Shown piece after piece: positions 24,734 through 33,582 of a DNA stretch of 61,246 bases. The position numbers were made by a program, and so were the translations under genes. The first letter of the stretch is position 1, and each line of letters starts with the position of its first letter. This DNA comes from a virus (taxonomy: Duplodnaviria > Caudoviricetes). Under the pieces are notes generated by a model. That model made no database searches. It was not told where the DNA came from and saw only the letters and a program-made list of their open reading frames with translations. The DNA is taken from positions 1 through 61,246 of IMG/VR virus record IMGVR_UViG_3300044251_000017; one strand, given 5' to 3'.

Positions 24734-25006
24734 CTACCAGCCGACCGGCAGCCGGAACGTCAGGTTGTGCGTCACCGAACCGTCCACGAGCACATCGCGC
24801 GCGTAGTCCGGCACGTTGGCGTAGAACCGGGCCATCGTCCCGCTGTAGAGCACCTCTCCCCCGGTGAACTCGGCGGGGAAGACCAGCACTCCGTCATCGA
24901 GGCACGTCACCTCGGCCTGGTGTCCGGGCAGCGCGTTCATCATTTCGTGCGACCAGAGCTGTCCCTCGCGAGCGGGCAATGTCCAGCTGATCGGCATCCA
25001 TTCCAT
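24734..25006 (-). CDS. Hypothetical protein
   Basis: GAGGGGG RBS. Confidence 0.55.
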   Translation of the reverse strand: MEWMPISWTLPAREGQLWSHEMMNALPGHQAEVTCLDDGVLVFPAEFTGGEVLYSGTMARFYANVPDYARDVLVDGSVTHNLTFRLPVGW

Positions 25007-25029
25007 GCAAGCCCCCTCGGGCAGTAAGG

Positions 25030-25064
25030 CGGGCCGGACACCCACGGGAGAGGTGTCCGGCCCG
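25030..25064. terminator. GC hairpin
   Basis: CGGGCCGGACACC...GGTGTCCGGCCCG. Confidence 0.6.
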
Positions 25065-25072
25065 AGCTGTGG

Positions 25073-25240
25073 TCAGGCCCGCTTGCGGCGGTTCTGCTCG
25101 CCCTGCGCGTAGGTGAGGACCTTGGTCCGGATGAGGGCGGCCTTGGGGCCGTCGGTCGCGAGTGAGGCTTGCGCGGCGGTGATGCCGGTCGCGAGGTTCT
25201 GGTCCGAGGTGCCAGCGAAGGTGTTCGTCTTTGTGGTCAT
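25073..25240 (-). CDS. Small protein (leaderless)
   Basis: ATG 6 nt after TATGAT. Confidence 0.65.
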   Translation of the reverse strand: MTTKTNTFAGTSDQNLATGITAAQASLATDGPKAALIRTKVLTYAQGEQNRRKRA

Positions 25241-25246
25241 ACCCAA

Positions 25247-25275
25247 ATCATACCCCCCAATACAGGGGGACACAA
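25247..25275 (-). promoter_or_regulatory. Promoter TTGTGT-17-TATGAT with box
   Basis: TTGTGT ccccctgtattgggggg TATGAT. Confidence 0.85.
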
Positions 25276-25321
25276 CCTGGCAGGCGAGTGAATCTCTCCC
25301 CTTTTCTCAGGTACGTCTTAT

Positions 25322-25348
25322 CCCCCAATACAGGGGGTCGGATACGCT
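25322..25348 (+). promoter_or_regulatory. Offset-box promoter of the transfer-like operon
   Basis: cccccaatacaggggg-tcgga-TACGCT-6 nt-ATG. Confidence 0.7.
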
Positions 25349-25354
25349 TAGGCG

Positions 25355-25591
25355 ATGAGGATACGAACCGTCATCGCGCTTGCCGCCGTCATCGCGGTCG
25401 GCGTCTCGATCACGACCGGGGACGCGGTACTCGCGGCCGGGGTCATCGTGCTGTACGTGGTCCAGCTGTTCATTCGCGACGCGGTCCAACGGCGGTCCCG
25501 CGAGGACGCCTGGAACGCGGTCCGCTACAACGTCATGTCGTCGGACATCGATCCAGCAGCCCGGTGGTCTCGTCGGGGCGGTGATGAGTGA
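25355..25591 (+). CDS. Small 2-TM membrane protein (leaderless)
   Basis: Two hydrophobic helices; first gene of plus-strand operon. Confidence 0.65.
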   Translation: MRIRTVIALAAVIAVGVSITTGDAVLAAGVIVLYVVQLFIRDAVQRRSREDAWNAVRYNVMSSDIDPAARWSRRGGDE

Positions 25592-26019
25592 TGCCGATCG
25601 CCAACTACACCTCCGAGGTGAGCGCGGTCCGGTCCGCCGACGAGATCCAAAAGATGCTCGTGCGGACCGGGGCACGCGGGGTGGTCCAGGAATACAACGA
25701 GACCGGTCGCATGGTCTCAATGTCCTTCACCATCGTGCGGTCCGGGACCACGATGGGCTTCACGCTGCCAGTGAGGTCCGAGGCGGTCCGCCAGGTGCTC
25801 ATCCGACAAAAGGTCCCGCGCAAGTTCCAGACGCTCGTACACGCAGACCGCGTCGCCTGGCGCATCCTGCGGGACTGGATTCGCGCGCAGATGGCGATCA
25901 TCGAGACGGAGATGGTCTCGATCGAGCAGGTCATGCTTCCGTACATGCGTACAGATGATGGCTCCACGGTGTTCGAGCGCTACGAGACCACGCGGGCGTT
26001 GCCTGCGGGGAAGGTCTGA
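25588..26019 (+). CDS. Conserved-looking phage hypothetical protein
   Basis: NYTSEV...EIQKML...RVAWRILRDWIRAQ...LPYM. Confidence 0.75.
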   Translation: MMPIANYTSEVSAVRSADEIQKMLVRTGARGVVQEYNETGRMVSMSFTIVRSGTTMGFTLPVRSEAVRQVLIRQKVPRKFQTLVHADRVAWRILRDWIRAQMAIIETEMVSIEQVMLPYMRTDDGSTVFERYETTRALPAGKV

Positions 26020-26021
26020 TC

Positions 26022-26843
26022 ATGGCCACGCCTGCCCGCGGCGCCCGGTTCGTCGCAACGTTCGGTTTCGCGTTCGGGTCTCTCGTCTCGATCGCCGCCA
26101 ACGTCCTGGCCGAGCGCATCCCGCCTGCTCCCACGCCTCTCGGCTGGACGCCGGCGCTCGATGCGCAGCTCGGCGCCCCCGTCTGGCCGATCGCCCTCCT
26201 GCTCGCCGTCGAGGCGCTCACCCGAATCCCCTGGCCCAAGGGTCTCGGCTGGCTGGCCGCGCGCTACCTCGGCGTGACCGGCGTCGCGGTGTTCGCCGGG
26301 GTGATCTCCTACTTCCACATCCACGATGTGCTCGTCTCGTGGCGGTACCAGCCGTTCGCCGCGAGCGTCGGACCGCTCGTCATTGACGGCCTCATGGTGG
26401 TCTCGGGTGTGGGCCTCATGGCACTCGCCAAGGTCCGCGAGGGCGAGTCGGACCTTGTGGTCCAGAACCACGGTCTCGTGTCGGACCGGCCAGTCGAGCG
26501 GTCCGCGGTCCGGGACTCGGTCAATGGTCCGGTCCCGGACCTCGACGATGGTCCGGCCGTCGACTGGACCCCGGTCCCGAGCGAGCGCGCCGAGCCGGTC
26601 CCGGACCGCAGTACCGAGCCGGTCCGCATCCAGCGGCGGTCCGCTGCCGCGAGCAAGACGAGGACCACCCGGACCGCGCGCCCGGTGACCGCGTCGGTAC
26701 CAACCGATGACGAGATCTCGGCGTTCATCCGAACCGCTGAGACCGCGCCCACCAAGCGGTCCGTCATGAGCAAGTACGGCGTCGGGTCCGGCAGGGCCCT
26801 GCGACTGATCAACGAGGCCAAGGAGGCCGAGACCAATGGGTAA
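26022..26843 (+). CDS. DUF2637/Spd-like membrane protein with C-terminal HTH-like domain
   Basis: SIAANV, ISYFHI, GPLVIDGL, 4 TM; Pro/Arg linker; PTKRSVMSKYGVGSGRALRL. Confidence 0.7.
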   Translation: MATPARGARFVATFGFAFGSLVSIAANVLAERIPPAPTPLGWTPALDAQLGAPVWPIALLLAVEALTRIPWPKGLGWLAARYLGVTGVAVFAGVISYFHIHDVLVSWRYQPFAASVGPLVIDGLMVVSGVGLMALAKVREGESDLVVQNHGLVSDRPVERSAVRDSVNGPVPDLDDGPAVDWTPVPSERAEPVPDRSTEPVRIQRRSAAASKTRTTRTARPVTASVPTDDEISAFIRTAETAPTKRSVMSKYGVGSGRALRLINEAKEAETNG

Positions 26844-28773
26844 GAAGTCTCAGGGAGGTGCGCTCGATGTCGCAGGCGGGGTGATCCTCGCCAAGCTCGG
26901 ATTGTGGCTCGCCGGCAAGCTCGGCAAGGGCGTGCGCCGACTCGCGTTCCGATGGCGCCGGGCGCTGTCGCCGGTGTTCTTCGGGTTTGTGGTCTGGCTG
27001 GTCTCGGTCATCGCCAGGGCGCTGGTCCCGCAGTGGTGGGCGGTCGCGCTGGTCCTGCCCGTGTTCGGCATCGCCGTCGCCTGGTTCGGGCCCAAGCTCG
27101 GGGACCGCTGGTCCGCGTTCGTCATGCGCCTGGTCCCCACGGGACTCGACTCGGGCGTGAGCGGCGTGATGGACCGGCCGATCGAGCGCATTTACTTCGG
27201 TTCGCTGGTCTCGCTCATCGGCGTCTACATGGCGGTCCGCATCGGCGCCGGACCGTCCGACTTCACCGGCTGGTTCTGGAAGATCGGCCTGCTGCTCTAC
27301 GGCGGGTCGTGGTGGTACCACCGACGAGTCCGGACCGCGGGCCGGGCGGACCGCTACGCGCGCAAGTTCGTCAAGTTCGCGGACCGGGACCGGTGCCCGG
27401 ACACGCTGCGCCCGTTCATCGGCTGCAAGGTGACCGCGGTCAAGGGCAAGGGCCGGGTCGCCATGCTGACTGTCCGGCTCGCCGAGGGCATGACGGTCGA
27501 TGTCGTCTCACGTCTCACCAAGCCCCTGGCCTCGGCCTTCTCGATGCGGCCGGCCTCGGTGTTCATCAAGGAGGACCCGACCAACGCCCGGTCCGTGGTG
27601 ATCACCTTCCTGCCGTCGGACCCGTGGAAGGGCAAGATCGATCACCCGATGCCCGAGCCCGGCACGATCTCGCTCAAGTCGGTGGCCAAGCGGTTCGCCA
27701 TGGGCCTCTACGCCGACGGCCGCGAGCTGCTCTACGACTTGCAGCACACCTTGGTGGTCGGCCAGACCGGCTCGGGCAAGTCGATCTGGCTGCATAGCCT
27801 CATGACCTGGCTGACCGCCTGCTCGGACACGATCATCGTGGCCATCGACATGGCCGGTGGGGCGACCCTCGGTGTGTGGCGGAAGTGCCTGGCGCTGCCG
27901 CTCGCGGACGATCTGGCCTCGGCCATCGTGATCCTCGAAGCCGTCTTCAACGTGATCAAGGATCGTGAGCGGGCGCTCGGCAAGGCGTCCGAGGAGGACG
28001 ACGACGCCGCGGACAGCTTCGAGCCGTCGGCCAAGACGCCGTGGCTCATCCTCGTGATCGACGAATTCCCGGACCTGCTCGCCGAAGCCAAGGCCACGAG
28101 CAGGGGCGATAACCAGGGAACCTACGAGAAGGTGATCAACAACCTGTTGATGCGCATCGGCAAGAAGGCGCGCAAGTGCGGGGTCCGTTTGATCTTCGCG
28201 TCGCAGAACGGCACCAAGCCGGACCTCGGCTCGAAGGAACTTCAGGCCCAGTTGCGCGCCGTCGTCGGCCTGGCCCTCGACGCACAGCAGTCCCGCAACC
28301 TCTGGCAGTCTCTCGAACGGCTCGGCTGGAACAGCACCCACCTGCGGGAAGGCCAGTTCCTCTTGCGGGACGACTACCACACCGTGCCCGACGCGGCGAA
28401 GGGGTTCTTCGTCTCCAACCAGGCGCGCCGTCGGCACGTCATGGCCGCCTACGAGCTGCACAAGACCCTCGAACCGTCGGCCTGGCAGGCCCTCTGCGGA
28501 CTGGATGCCACGCTCGTCATGCCCGTGGAGACCGTCGAGCCCGTGGAACCCGTCCTCGATCACCTGCGCGAGCAGGGGCCGGCCAAGGTGGACACGCTCG
28601 TGGACCGCATCGGCGAGATCAGCCGGGCGACCGTGTACCGGCGGCTCAAGGCGTACGCCGAGCAGGGTCTCGTGGTCAACCGCAACGGCACCTGGCGCCT
28701 GCGCAAGGACTCGGATGTGGACGAGTCCGCGCAGGTGGACGAGGGTCCGGACGCAAGCGCGGACGCCGCGTAA
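26836..28773 (+). CDS. traB: TraB-like FtsK/SpoIIIE DNA translocase
   Basis: N-terminal TMs, Walker A GQTGSGKS, Walker B LVIDE, ASQ, C-terminal wHTH ISRATVYRRL...GLV...GTW. Confidence 0.8.
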   Translation: MGKKSQGGALDVAGGVILAKLGLWLAGKLGKGVRRLAFRWRRALSPVFFGFVVWLVSVIARALVPQWWAVALVLPVFGIAVAWFGPKLGDRWSAFVMRLVPTGLDSGVSGVMDRPIERIYFGSLVSLIGVYMAVRIGAGPSDFTGWFWKIGLLLYGGSWWYHRRVRTAGRADRYARKFVKFADRDRCPDTLRPFIGCKVTAVKGKGRVAMLTVRLAEGMTVDVVSRLTKPLASAFSMRPASVFIKEDPTNARSVVITFLPSDPWKGKIDHPMPEPGTISLKSVAKRFAMGLYADGRELLYDLQHTLVVGQTGSGKSIWLHSLMTWLTACSDTIIVAIDMAGGATLGVWRKCLALPLADDLASAIVILEAVFNVIKDRERALGKASEEDDDAADSFEPSAKTPWLILVIDEFPDLLAEAKATSRGDNQGTYEKVINNLLMRIGKKARKCGVRLIFASQNGTKPDLGSKELQAQLRAVVGLALDAQQSRNLWQSLERLGWNSTHLREGQFLLRDDYHTVPDAAKGFFVSNQARRRHVMAAYELHKTLEPSAWQALCGLDATLVMPVETVEPVEPVLDHLREQGPAKVDTLVDRIGEISRATVYRRLKAYAEQGLVVNRNGTWRLRKDSDVDESAQVDEGPDASADAA

Positions 28774-28860
28774 GTGCGCTCGTCTCACGGTCGCAGGTAT
28801 CAGCGCCCGTACGTAACGTGCGCAGACGGGTGAGATCATCCGCGATTTGAGACGATCAAG

Positions 28861-28877
28861 CCCCCTGAATCAGGGGG
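28861..28877. promoter_or_regulatory. Box variant CCCCCTGAATCAGGGGG
   Basis: C5-N7-G5 palindrome downstream of traB. Confidence 0.6.
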
Positions 28878-28905
28878 ACAGAGTGTACTAGACGGTACAA
28901 ACAGA

Positions 28906-28948
28906 GGCCCCGAACCCGGACGAATCTCATCCGGGTTCGGGGCTTTCT
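28906..28948. terminator. Intrinsic terminator between convergent operons
   Basis: GCCCCGAACCCGGA...TCCGGGTTCGGGGC-TTTC. Confidence 0.8.
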
Positions 28949-28954
28949 CGTTGA

Positions 28955-29326
28955 TCACGCCTTGCGTCGTGACTTCCGTGGGCGCGCCTCGACACGAGAC
29001 CAGCGGTCCAGCGCCTCGCGGCCCCTGTCGTTGAGCAGGAGGGAGGTCGGCCGGTCCAGCGCGGCGTCATACTCCCCTGCCCGTTCGGCCGTGCTGGTCA
29101 AGTACCGGTGCAACGCCAGGTCACGCAGCGCGCCGGTCAAGTCCGGGTCCACCAATTCGAGGTCGCCAAGGCTCGGCTCGTAGGTGAAGGTGCCGCGGAT
29201 GTCCGGGATGCCCGGCACGAGCACGAGCTCGTGCTCGGCGACCAGGCGCAGCGCGGCCAGCCGGCGCCTGGTCTTGACCAGGGCGAGGTGGTCGTCCACG
29301 TACGGGCGCTTCTCGATGTCACTCAT
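28955..29326 (-). CDS. Hypothetical protein
   Basis: GAGGAGG RBS. Confidence 0.65.
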   Translation of the reverse strand: MSDIEKRPYVDDHLALVKTRRRLAALRLVAEHELVLVPGIPDIRGTFTYEPSLGDLELVDPDLTGALRDLALHRYLTSTAERAGEYDAALDRPTSLLLNDRGREALDRWSRVEARPRKSRRKA

Positions 29327-29799
29327 GCTGTCGTCCTCCTCGTGATTGCCGTGGTGATGGTCCGCTCGGCGGGCATCCGGTGCCCGGGGTGTAGCCGGTG
29401 CAACGCCTGGCCCACCGCCTCGGTCGCGATGACCCGGTGGCGCGGCTCAACCTCGCCGCCGTCGAACAGCGCGAGCACCTCGACGAACTCGGCCACGAGG
29501 TCCGCGATGGCCGAGAGCTGCATCGGGAGGCTCCTCACGCCGCGGCGCGCCCTGCCGAGTTGCCCGCCGGTTTCCATGTTGCAGGGGTTGCAGCACGGTC
29601 GGATGTTCGCTCGGCGGTACGTCCCACCGAGACAGCCCGGGAAGATCCGGTCGGCCGTGATGGTCTTCTCGTCCAGCGGGGTGGCGCAGCGGTAGCACGG
29701 CGCCGTAGTGCCGTCACCGAAGTGGGTGAGCAGCCAGGCCCGACGGATGCGTCGCTGCTTGGACCCGCCTCGGCGGTTCCGGTTGGTGGTGCTGGTCAT
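29323..29799 (-). CDS. HNH-like endonuclease
   Basis: CYRC...ADRIFPG.LGGTY...NIRPCCNPCN. Confidence 0.75.
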   Translation of the reverse strand: MTSTTNRNRRGGSKQRRIRRAWLLTHFGDGTTAPCYRCATPLDEKTITADRIFPGCLGGTYRRANIRPCCNPCNMETGGQLGRARRGVRSLPMQLSAIADLVAEFVEVLALFDGGEVEPRHRVIATEAVGQALHRLHPGHRMPAERTITTAITRRTTA

Positions 29800-30170
29800 G
29801 ATCGATCTCCTGTGGTTGCGGTGTAGATCTTGGTCGGAATGCCCGCCTGCCGGGCGAGGCTCGCGCAGTGCGTCGAGCCCGAGGACCCGTCGAGGATGAA
29901 CGCGAGGCAGAGATCTGCGCCGAGATCCACCATGACGGCGTTGCGGATCGGTCCGGCCCGTCGGCCATGAGCGGGCCAGTCGGCCGGGTGCCGTTCGATC
30001 TGGCCACCCCAGTGCGACCAGCACGATTCGCACAGCACATCCGCACCCTGCTTGCAGTGGCCGGACACGAGTACGCGCTCGGGGTCCCATACCGCAGCGA
30101 GCGCATCGCGGATGATTCGCCGGTCCGACCAGGTCCGCGAGCCGGTGACCAGGAGACGACTTGCGGTCAT
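29796..30170 (-). CDS. SLOG/DUF2493 (YspA-like) protein
   Basis: VTGSR, GAD, PADW..HG..AGPIRN, SSGS. Confidence 0.8.
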   Translation of the reverse strand: MTASRLLVTGSRTWSDRRIIRDALAAVWDPERVLVSGHCKQGADVLCESCWSHWGGQIERHPADWPAHGRRAGPIRNAVMVDLGADLCLAFILDGSSGSTHCASLARQAGIPTKIYTATTGDRS

Positions 30171-30469
30171 GGCTGACCTCCGCAGGCGCACTCGGGCCGC
30201 GGACGAGACTGGCTGGTGATGTGGTGGTGCCGTCTGGCCCGCGAGCACTTGTAGGCCCATATCCGGAACCCGGGGATCTCGCGGCGCAGCTGCTTGACAC
30301 AGGCCTCCGCCGCTGCGCAGTTCTTAAAGATCGCCTTGCGGTCGCCCCGAGTCCCGGTCAGTGCGTCCGGCTTGCCGCCGTTGTCGCAGAGTCGCGGCGC
30401 ACCGGCGGGCGTGGTCGTGGCGTGCTGTTGCATGATGCGGATGAACGTCTCGTACTCCTCGGCAGTCAC
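30167..30469 (-). CDS. Zn-binding hypothetical protein
   Basis: RKAIF...AYKC...HHHITSQ. Confidence 0.6.
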   Translation of the reverse strand: MTAEEYETFIRIMQQHATTTPAGAPRLCDNGGKPDALTGTRGDRKAIFKNCAAAEACVKQLRREIPGFRIWAYKCSRARRHHHITSQSRPRPECACGGQP

Positions 30470-31146
30470 AGGTCCAGTCCCGTCACGAGGCCGACGACGG
30501 TCCACCACGGGTGGCCGGACACCGCGAGGGTGGCCGCGCCGATGCCGAGGAACAGCACGAACAGGATCATGGTCGCGACCGGCTCGCCCACCTTGCCGCC
30601 GGCGCGAAAGCGCAGGGACCGGGGATAGCCGACGCTGCCCCACCGTTTGCCGTCTACGAGCACGAAAGGCCAAAGCGGGTGCGGGACGCCGGACAGCGTG
30701 CACGCGTCGCCGATGAACCAGATGTGCGCCATGCAGCCCACTGTGACGCCGGACCCGACGAACCAGGCCCACTCGCGCGCGGGGGTGGCGAGCAGGACCG
30801 CGGCGGCCCCGGCGCCGAGCACGAGCGCGAACGCGTTGGTGTGGGTGAGCGTGCGGTGGCAGCCCTCGGGCTTGTCCCGGTGCGTCCGGGTCGCCTCGTA
30901 GGCCGCGCGCGAGAGCATCATGAACAGGTGGCAGAGCAGCCAGGTGACCGGCCCGAGACTGCGCGAGATCGTGGACGGCCGGTGGTCGATGTCCGGGAAC
31001 AGCGCGAACACGGCGACCAGCCCGGCGTAGATCCCGGTGAGGCCGACGATGCCGAGGCCACCCATCGGCGCGACCGCGGGGAACGGCACGAGCGGCGCCA
31101 CGAGCAGGCCCGCGCAGCCACCTGAGATGGCGTGCCCCTTGGCCAT
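30466..31146 (-). CDS. Membrane metal-dependent hydrolase (YdjM-like)
   Basis: GH, PDIDH, HRTLTH, AHI..GD.CT.SGVP. Confidence 0.8.
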   Translation of the reverse strand: MAKGHAISGGCAGLLVAPLVPFPAVAPMGGLGIVGLTGIYAGLVAVFALFPDIDHRPSTISRSLGPVTWLLCHLFMMLSRAAYEATRTHRDKPEGCHRTLTHTNAFALVLGAGAAAVLLATPAREWAWFVGSGVTVGCMAHIWFIGDACTLSGVPHPLWPFVLVDGKRWGSVGYPRSLRFRAGGKVGEPVATMILFVLFLGIGAATLAVSGHPWWTVVGLVTGLDL

Positions 31147-31349
31147 CACCGGAACCACCCGGGGCGTTCTTCGTTGAGCAGGTCCCGCGCGGCGGCGTTG
31201 ACGCACTGGCCATCTTCGGTCTCGCCAGCGGACCAGTGGGCCTGGCAGGTACCTGAATGGTCGAAGGTGCACGGCCCGTTGTCGGTGCTGAGTTCGAGTA
31301 GATCGAGGACAGCGGCCAGCCTTTTGAGTGCCTGCTGATACCGGCTCAT
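31146..31349 (-). CDS. Hypothetical protein
   Basis: CTFDHSGTCQAH. Confidence 0.6.
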   Translation of the reverse strand: MSRYQQALKRLAAVLDLLELSTDNGPCTFDHSGTCQAHWSAGETEDGQCVNAAARDLLNEERPGWFR

Positions 31350-31609
31350 GGTGCGCACTCCGCGTGCGACCAGACCTCGTTGATCGGGCAAATGAGGTCG
31401 CCCTCCTCAAGCTCATCGCCGCACTCGCCGCAATGCCCCCCGGTAAAGGCGGCCGTGATGGTCGGACCTACCTGCGGATCCTCGGCGAACGGGCGTGGCG
31501 CACCGGGTGCGTTGCGGCGGCAGTGCTCGCAGCCGTACTGCGTGGTGCCGTCGTCCTGGACGTAGTTCACCTCATCGGTGAGGTTGCAGCGGACTTCTCG
31601 GGCAGTCAT
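31346..31609 (-). CDS. Zn-finger protein
   Basis: CEHC, CGECG, HAEC. Confidence 0.6.
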   Translation of the reverse strand: MTAREVRCNLTDEVNYVQDDGTTQYGCEHCRRNAPGAPRPFAEDPQVGPTITAAFTGGHCGECGDELEEGDLICPINEVWSHAECAP

Positions 31610-31830
31610 CGGTGATACCTCCACAGGTGCACGGCGACGGAATCGAGGCAGCGCTCGAACGGATGCTTGGTCTTGCGGTGGATGCGATCGGTGAAGCGGT
31701 TGAACCGGTGGCGCCCATAGACCTCGCAGCACGGGCAGTCCCACCGGTAGGCGCGCTGGTCGGACCGGCCCGCGAAGCTCCCGAGGTACTCGAACTTGAT
31801 CGAGATCTTGAGAGCTTGCGGCGAGGTCAT
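31606..31830 (-). CDS. Hypothetical protein
   Basis: ATGA overlap; WDCPCC. Confidence 0.55.
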   Translation of the reverse strand: MTSPQALKISIKFEYLGSFAGRSDQRAYRWDCPCCEVYGRHRFNRFTDRIHRKTKHPFERCLDSVAVHLWRYHR

Positions 31831-32018
31831 CGGCCGAACGAGATCGTCTGATCGAGCACCTGTTGCAAGTCGGTGTGAGCGTGCTCGGCGAGCAACTGCC
31901 GATCGGCGTGCTCGTTGGCGAGGCCGGTTTCCAGGGCGTAGACGACCTCTTGGATGGCGAGGATGAGATCCATCCGAGTACCCCCGGGTTCGCCGCTGGT
32001 GAACTGGACATTGCTCAT
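31827..32018 (-). CDS. Hypothetical protein
   Basis: ATGA overlap. Confidence 0.55.
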   Translation of the reverse strand: MSNVQFTSGEPGGTRMDLILAIQEVVYALETGLANEHADRQLLAEHAHTDLQQVLDQTISFGR

Positions 32019-32173
32019 GCCGTCTGCCTCGTCTCATCGAGCAGGTGGCCGAGACGCAGGCGACATTCGAAGATGACCGTTTCGCGCTCGGCGTCCTGCG
32101 TGTCCGTGGGGATCACGCTGGTCAGTTCCTCGATGAGGTCTTCCAGCGTGGTGACGAATTCTTCGAGCGTCAT
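32015..32173 (-). CDS. Hypothetical protein
   Basis: GAGG RBS; overlaps neighbours. Confidence 0.55.
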   Translation of the reverse strand: MTLEEFVTTLEDLIEELTSVIPTDTQDAERETVIFECRLRLGHLLDETRQTA

Positions 32174-32814
32174 CACGAGAGCACCTCGTGCAAGATGTGG
32201 TGCTCTCGCAACAGGGCATTGAACGACCACCAATCGATCTGCCACCAATCGATCCGAGCGTCATGATCGGCTCGCCACATCAACGCGTCCGGCACTTCTG
32301 ATTTGACCTCGGAAGTGAACCGCTCACCGGTGACGGGGTCTTTCAGCACGCCGCTGGTTGGCTCGGGCGGATTGGCGGGATCGCCATAACGCCACGTCAA
32401 GCAGGGCTCAAGAGGGGCCGTGCTCCGTTCGGTCATCACGGCGCCGATGCCCTCAGCCCGGATGCGGTCCACGAACACTGTGATTCGACGGCCAAGCACA
32501 GTGTCGGAATCGACAACGGGAGGCAGAACCGTCACGGCGGCATTGAGCAGATGGATGGCCTCGGACCGGTCGTGGAGCAGTTTCGAGATGGTCTTGAGGA
32601 ACTCCACGGCCGTGTGCGTGGCCATGTGCTTTTCGAGTTCACGCTCGGTGGTCTGCGCGCGAGCGGTCAGTGAGACGGCTCGCATAACGCCGTTGCCGAA
32701 CACCGAGGCGAGCGTGCTGTCTGGAAAGTCGATGGTCGGTTCGACGTAGTCCCAATCGCAGCCGAGCACCGTGCAGAAGATCACGTCGGAATTGGGCGGA
32801 TACGGGGCAGGCAT
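32173..32814 (-). CDS. Hypothetical protein
   Basis: AAAGGA RBS. Confidence 0.65.
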   Translation of the reverse strand: MPAPYPPNSDVIFCTVLGCDWDYVEPTIDFPDSTLASVFGNGVMRAVSLTARAQTTERELEKHMATHTAVEFLKTISKLLHDRSEAIHLLNAAVTVLPPVVDSDTVLGRRITVFVDRIRAEGIGAVMTERSTAPLEPCLTWRYGDPANPPEPTSGVLKDPVTGERFTSEVKSEVPDALMWRADHDARIDWWQIDWWSFNALLREHHILHEVLS

Positions 32815-32824
32815 CGCGGTCCTT

Positions 32825-33040
32825 TCAGGTGGCGAGTCCGAGGTCTTGGCGGTAGATCAGACCGTGTTCGTCCACGAGCTGGATACCGCAGATGCCGTGG
32901 TCCAGGTACGGCAGGGCGTAGAGCGTGAGATGCCCGTCGTAGGTGGTGAGGTGGACCTCGTGGCCATTCGCGTGAGCCGCCCACACGTGGGTGACTGCGT
33001 CGGCCATCTCGTGCTCTGCGGGTGCCAGTCGCGGTGTCAT
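32825..33040 (-). CDS. Hypothetical protein (leaderless)
   Basis: ATG 8 nt after TAGCAT. Confidence 0.65.
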   Translation of the reverse strand: MTPRLAPAEHEMADAVTHVWAAHANGHEVHLTTYDGHLTLYALPYLDHGICGIQLVDEHGLIYRQDLGLAT

Positions 33041-33048
33041 ACTCTGCG

Positions 33049-33077
33049 ATGCTACCCCCCATAACGGGGGGACGCAA
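33049..33077 (-). promoter_or_regulatory. Promoter TTGCGT-17-TAGCAT with box
   Basis: TTGCGT ccccccgttatgggggg TAGCAT. Confidence 0.85.
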
Positions 33078-33090
33078 TAGAACACGCGTG

Positions 33091-33582
33091 CTACGCGGTC
33101 TCCCCGAGCATCCGCCGTTTGCGGATCACCTTCTGTACCGTGCCGCAATCCTCGCGGTACATCCGGCCGCCCGGCGAGCGCCACCGGCCATCGGACATCC
33201 GGGTCCAGTCCGCCGGAGAATGCACGTCCGTGCGCTCGGTGCGGTTCGCCGGCGCCTGCCACTGCCGGGTGGTCGCGAGCGGATCCGAGTTGTCCACCTC
33301 GGTGAGCGCGTCGAGCTCGTAGTCCTCGCCCTTCCACCGGCTGTACGCGGCCACCTGCGCCTCGGTGAACGCCGACGACAGGCCATCGAGGATCTGCCGG
33401 GAACCCGAGGCGACCACCGCCCACCCGCGCGCCTGCGGTGTCGAGATGCGGACCTTGCCGTCCGGCATCACGTCGAGGCGCAGATCGAGCGAGCGGACCC
33501 GGTGGGGCGTGCTCAACGGCGGCCCCACGATCCCGTCGGGCCCGAGTCGATGCGTCTCACCTTGACGCCGGATCTCGGTCAT
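33091..33582 (-). CDS. Hypothetical protein downstream of terminase
   Basis: ATGA overlap; HSPADW...DGRWRSPGGR. Confidence 0.7.
   Translation of the reverse strand: MTEIRRQGETHRLGPDGIVGPPLSTPHRVRSLDLRLDVMPDGKVRISTPQARGWAVVASGSRQILDGLSSAFTEAQVAAYSRWKGEDYELDALTEVDNSDPLATTRQWQAPANRTERTDVHSPADWTRMSDGRWRSPGGRMYREDCGTVQKVIRKRRMLGETA

Larger units (their letters stand above)
25490..27620. repeat. Dense cluster of CGGWCCG/GGWCC palindromes
   Basis: About 20 CGGWCCG and about 50 GGWCC by hand count; about 21 GGWCC within 26365-26790. Confidence 0.75.
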
